From Octopus vulgaris (lineage: Eukaryota), in NCBI GenBank assembly GCA_951406725.2, contig OX597826.1, positions 61,256,001 through 61,320,000 on the forward strand: a stretch of DNA of 64,000 nucleotides, given 5' to 3'. The notes under the pieces were generated by a model, which saw only the letters and a program-made list of their open reading frames with translations, had not been told where the DNA came from and did no database searches. Both the position numbers and the translations under genes were made by a program. Positions 1 to 64,000 of this stretch are shown here, piece after piece. Within the stretch, counting starts at the first letter, position 1. Every line of letters begins with the position of its first letter.

Positions 1-881
1 AACGATGATGATGATGATGATGAAGGTGCCAATGAAGATTTAGTTTCCTATCCAGGGAGAGAGACTCATCCTACATCCACTTCATACTTGGAAACATTAA
101 GTATGTATTGTCCCTCAAAAATCTAGGTCTACTTACAAGATACCTGTACTTGAACTTGTGTGTGAGTTTTGCAAGTCTCTAGGTAGTTTCCTTTGATGTT
201 TTTTCAAATTTGCAGATGTTCCTTTTAGTTTACCCCACCCCACCCCACTAGTCCCCTTCACCAGTAACATTTGTTACCTCAACCCCGTCACTTTTACAAA
301 TCCATATGTATTTATCCTCCAAAATGTATGTGTGTGTGTGGTGACCTATTAGAAATAGCAGCTAAATTACTCTCAAGTCACCTCACTCTACCACCTTAAA
401 AAAAAAAAAGATACATTGAATAATACAGTGTGGGGGTGAAGTCATGATTGGAATGCTTTGGTCATCGATCTGCTGCATGCAATCATCATCATCATTGTTC
501 GACCGTGGTCGAGACTTTCATAGTCTTTTCAAATGGCTAATAATGTGTGCACGCGCCACTACTACACACATTGGAAAGCATTGTACAACCAAGTACTAAA
601 GAAGATCTTTCCTCCTCCATGAAACAAAGCTGTTCCTGCTGGACGTCAACCCAGTATTTCTAAGCTACGGACCGAGTGATTTATTGTAAGGTTATCTCCC
701 TAGATAGATTGCCTTCACTACGGCTAAGGAGCCCTTTCTACCCCATGCAAACTGGCACAGGGCTAAACAAAAACAATCTCTGCTTCATCATGGGTTTTGT
801 TCAATCAGGGCTGACCCGAGATTCAGTAAACAACAACAACAACAACAACAACAAAAATAGAGGTAAGTGGCATATGGTCAC

Positions 882-63400
<62,519 letters not shown>

Positions 63401-64000
63401 CTGAAATAAACAAACATACATAACATTATTATATATATATCACAGTACATTATACTAAATCATATTATACAATGTATATCACATTATATCATATATATCA
63501 TATATGATATATGTCTTTACAAATATACATACCACAGAGATTGTGTGTAGAGAGAGAAAGAGAGAAGGAAGAAAAGAAATGTTTGATCACTCAACAGCCA
63601 CAACTTTTATAAGCACATACCAACAGCTTTTATATGATTGTTTGACCAGCAAAAAATACCAACTAAATCACCCTCAAACCACATCCTGTCCTCTTACACA
63701 CAAAAAATACATAGATAATATCTAGGGAAACCTGAACTGTCATAGGCTGGATGGTCATGGGCAGGAGGGTAACTGGTGGGATGATCACAAACAGGATGGC
63801 TGCAGGTAGGAAGGTCACAAAGTCAAATGATCATAGACTAAATGCCTATGATCAACTCTGATCATAGATGAATTCTGTCTGAACTGACATCAAGCTACAA
63901 AATGTTTTTCATTAACAGCATATAACCACTGAAAACTGGATGTTGCTATTGCCTTGTGACCCATCCTTTAATAATAGCCACATCATCCTTTAACTGCAGT

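Overview
Eukaryotic, repeat-rich, AT-rich genomic DNA, most likely an octopus or other coleoid cephalopod (inferred from the SINE/LINE repertoire and microsatellite density; not verified). The whole window lies inside one minus-strand gene, the PHR-family E3 ligase MYCBP2/Highwire/RPM-1. I traced 36 consecutive GT-AG exons (63400 down to 882; 4925 nt, about 1641 codons) with consistent splice phases and no stops. They cover the RCC1-like domain, its Cys-rich insert and both PHR domains; the start and end of the gene lie outside the window. Introns contain tRNA-derived SINEs, RTE-type LINE 3' ends, TTAA (piggyBac-type) and TA (mariner-type) MITEs and minisatellites. Unexpected items: (1) an intron-containing, two-exon piece of a different gene (ASAP ArfGAP, BAR domain) lying antisense in one MYCBP2 intron; (2) several minimal hammerhead-ribozyme-like motifs in Penelope-like inverted repeats, including a G3:C8 core variant at the apex of a ~430-bp near-perfect hairpin and a tRNA-head plus hammerhead element; (3) a SINE that appears to insert at a specific site in its own family. 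Protein identifications rest on my recall of the human sequences, and no database search was run. Most ORF-track entries are repeat artefacts.
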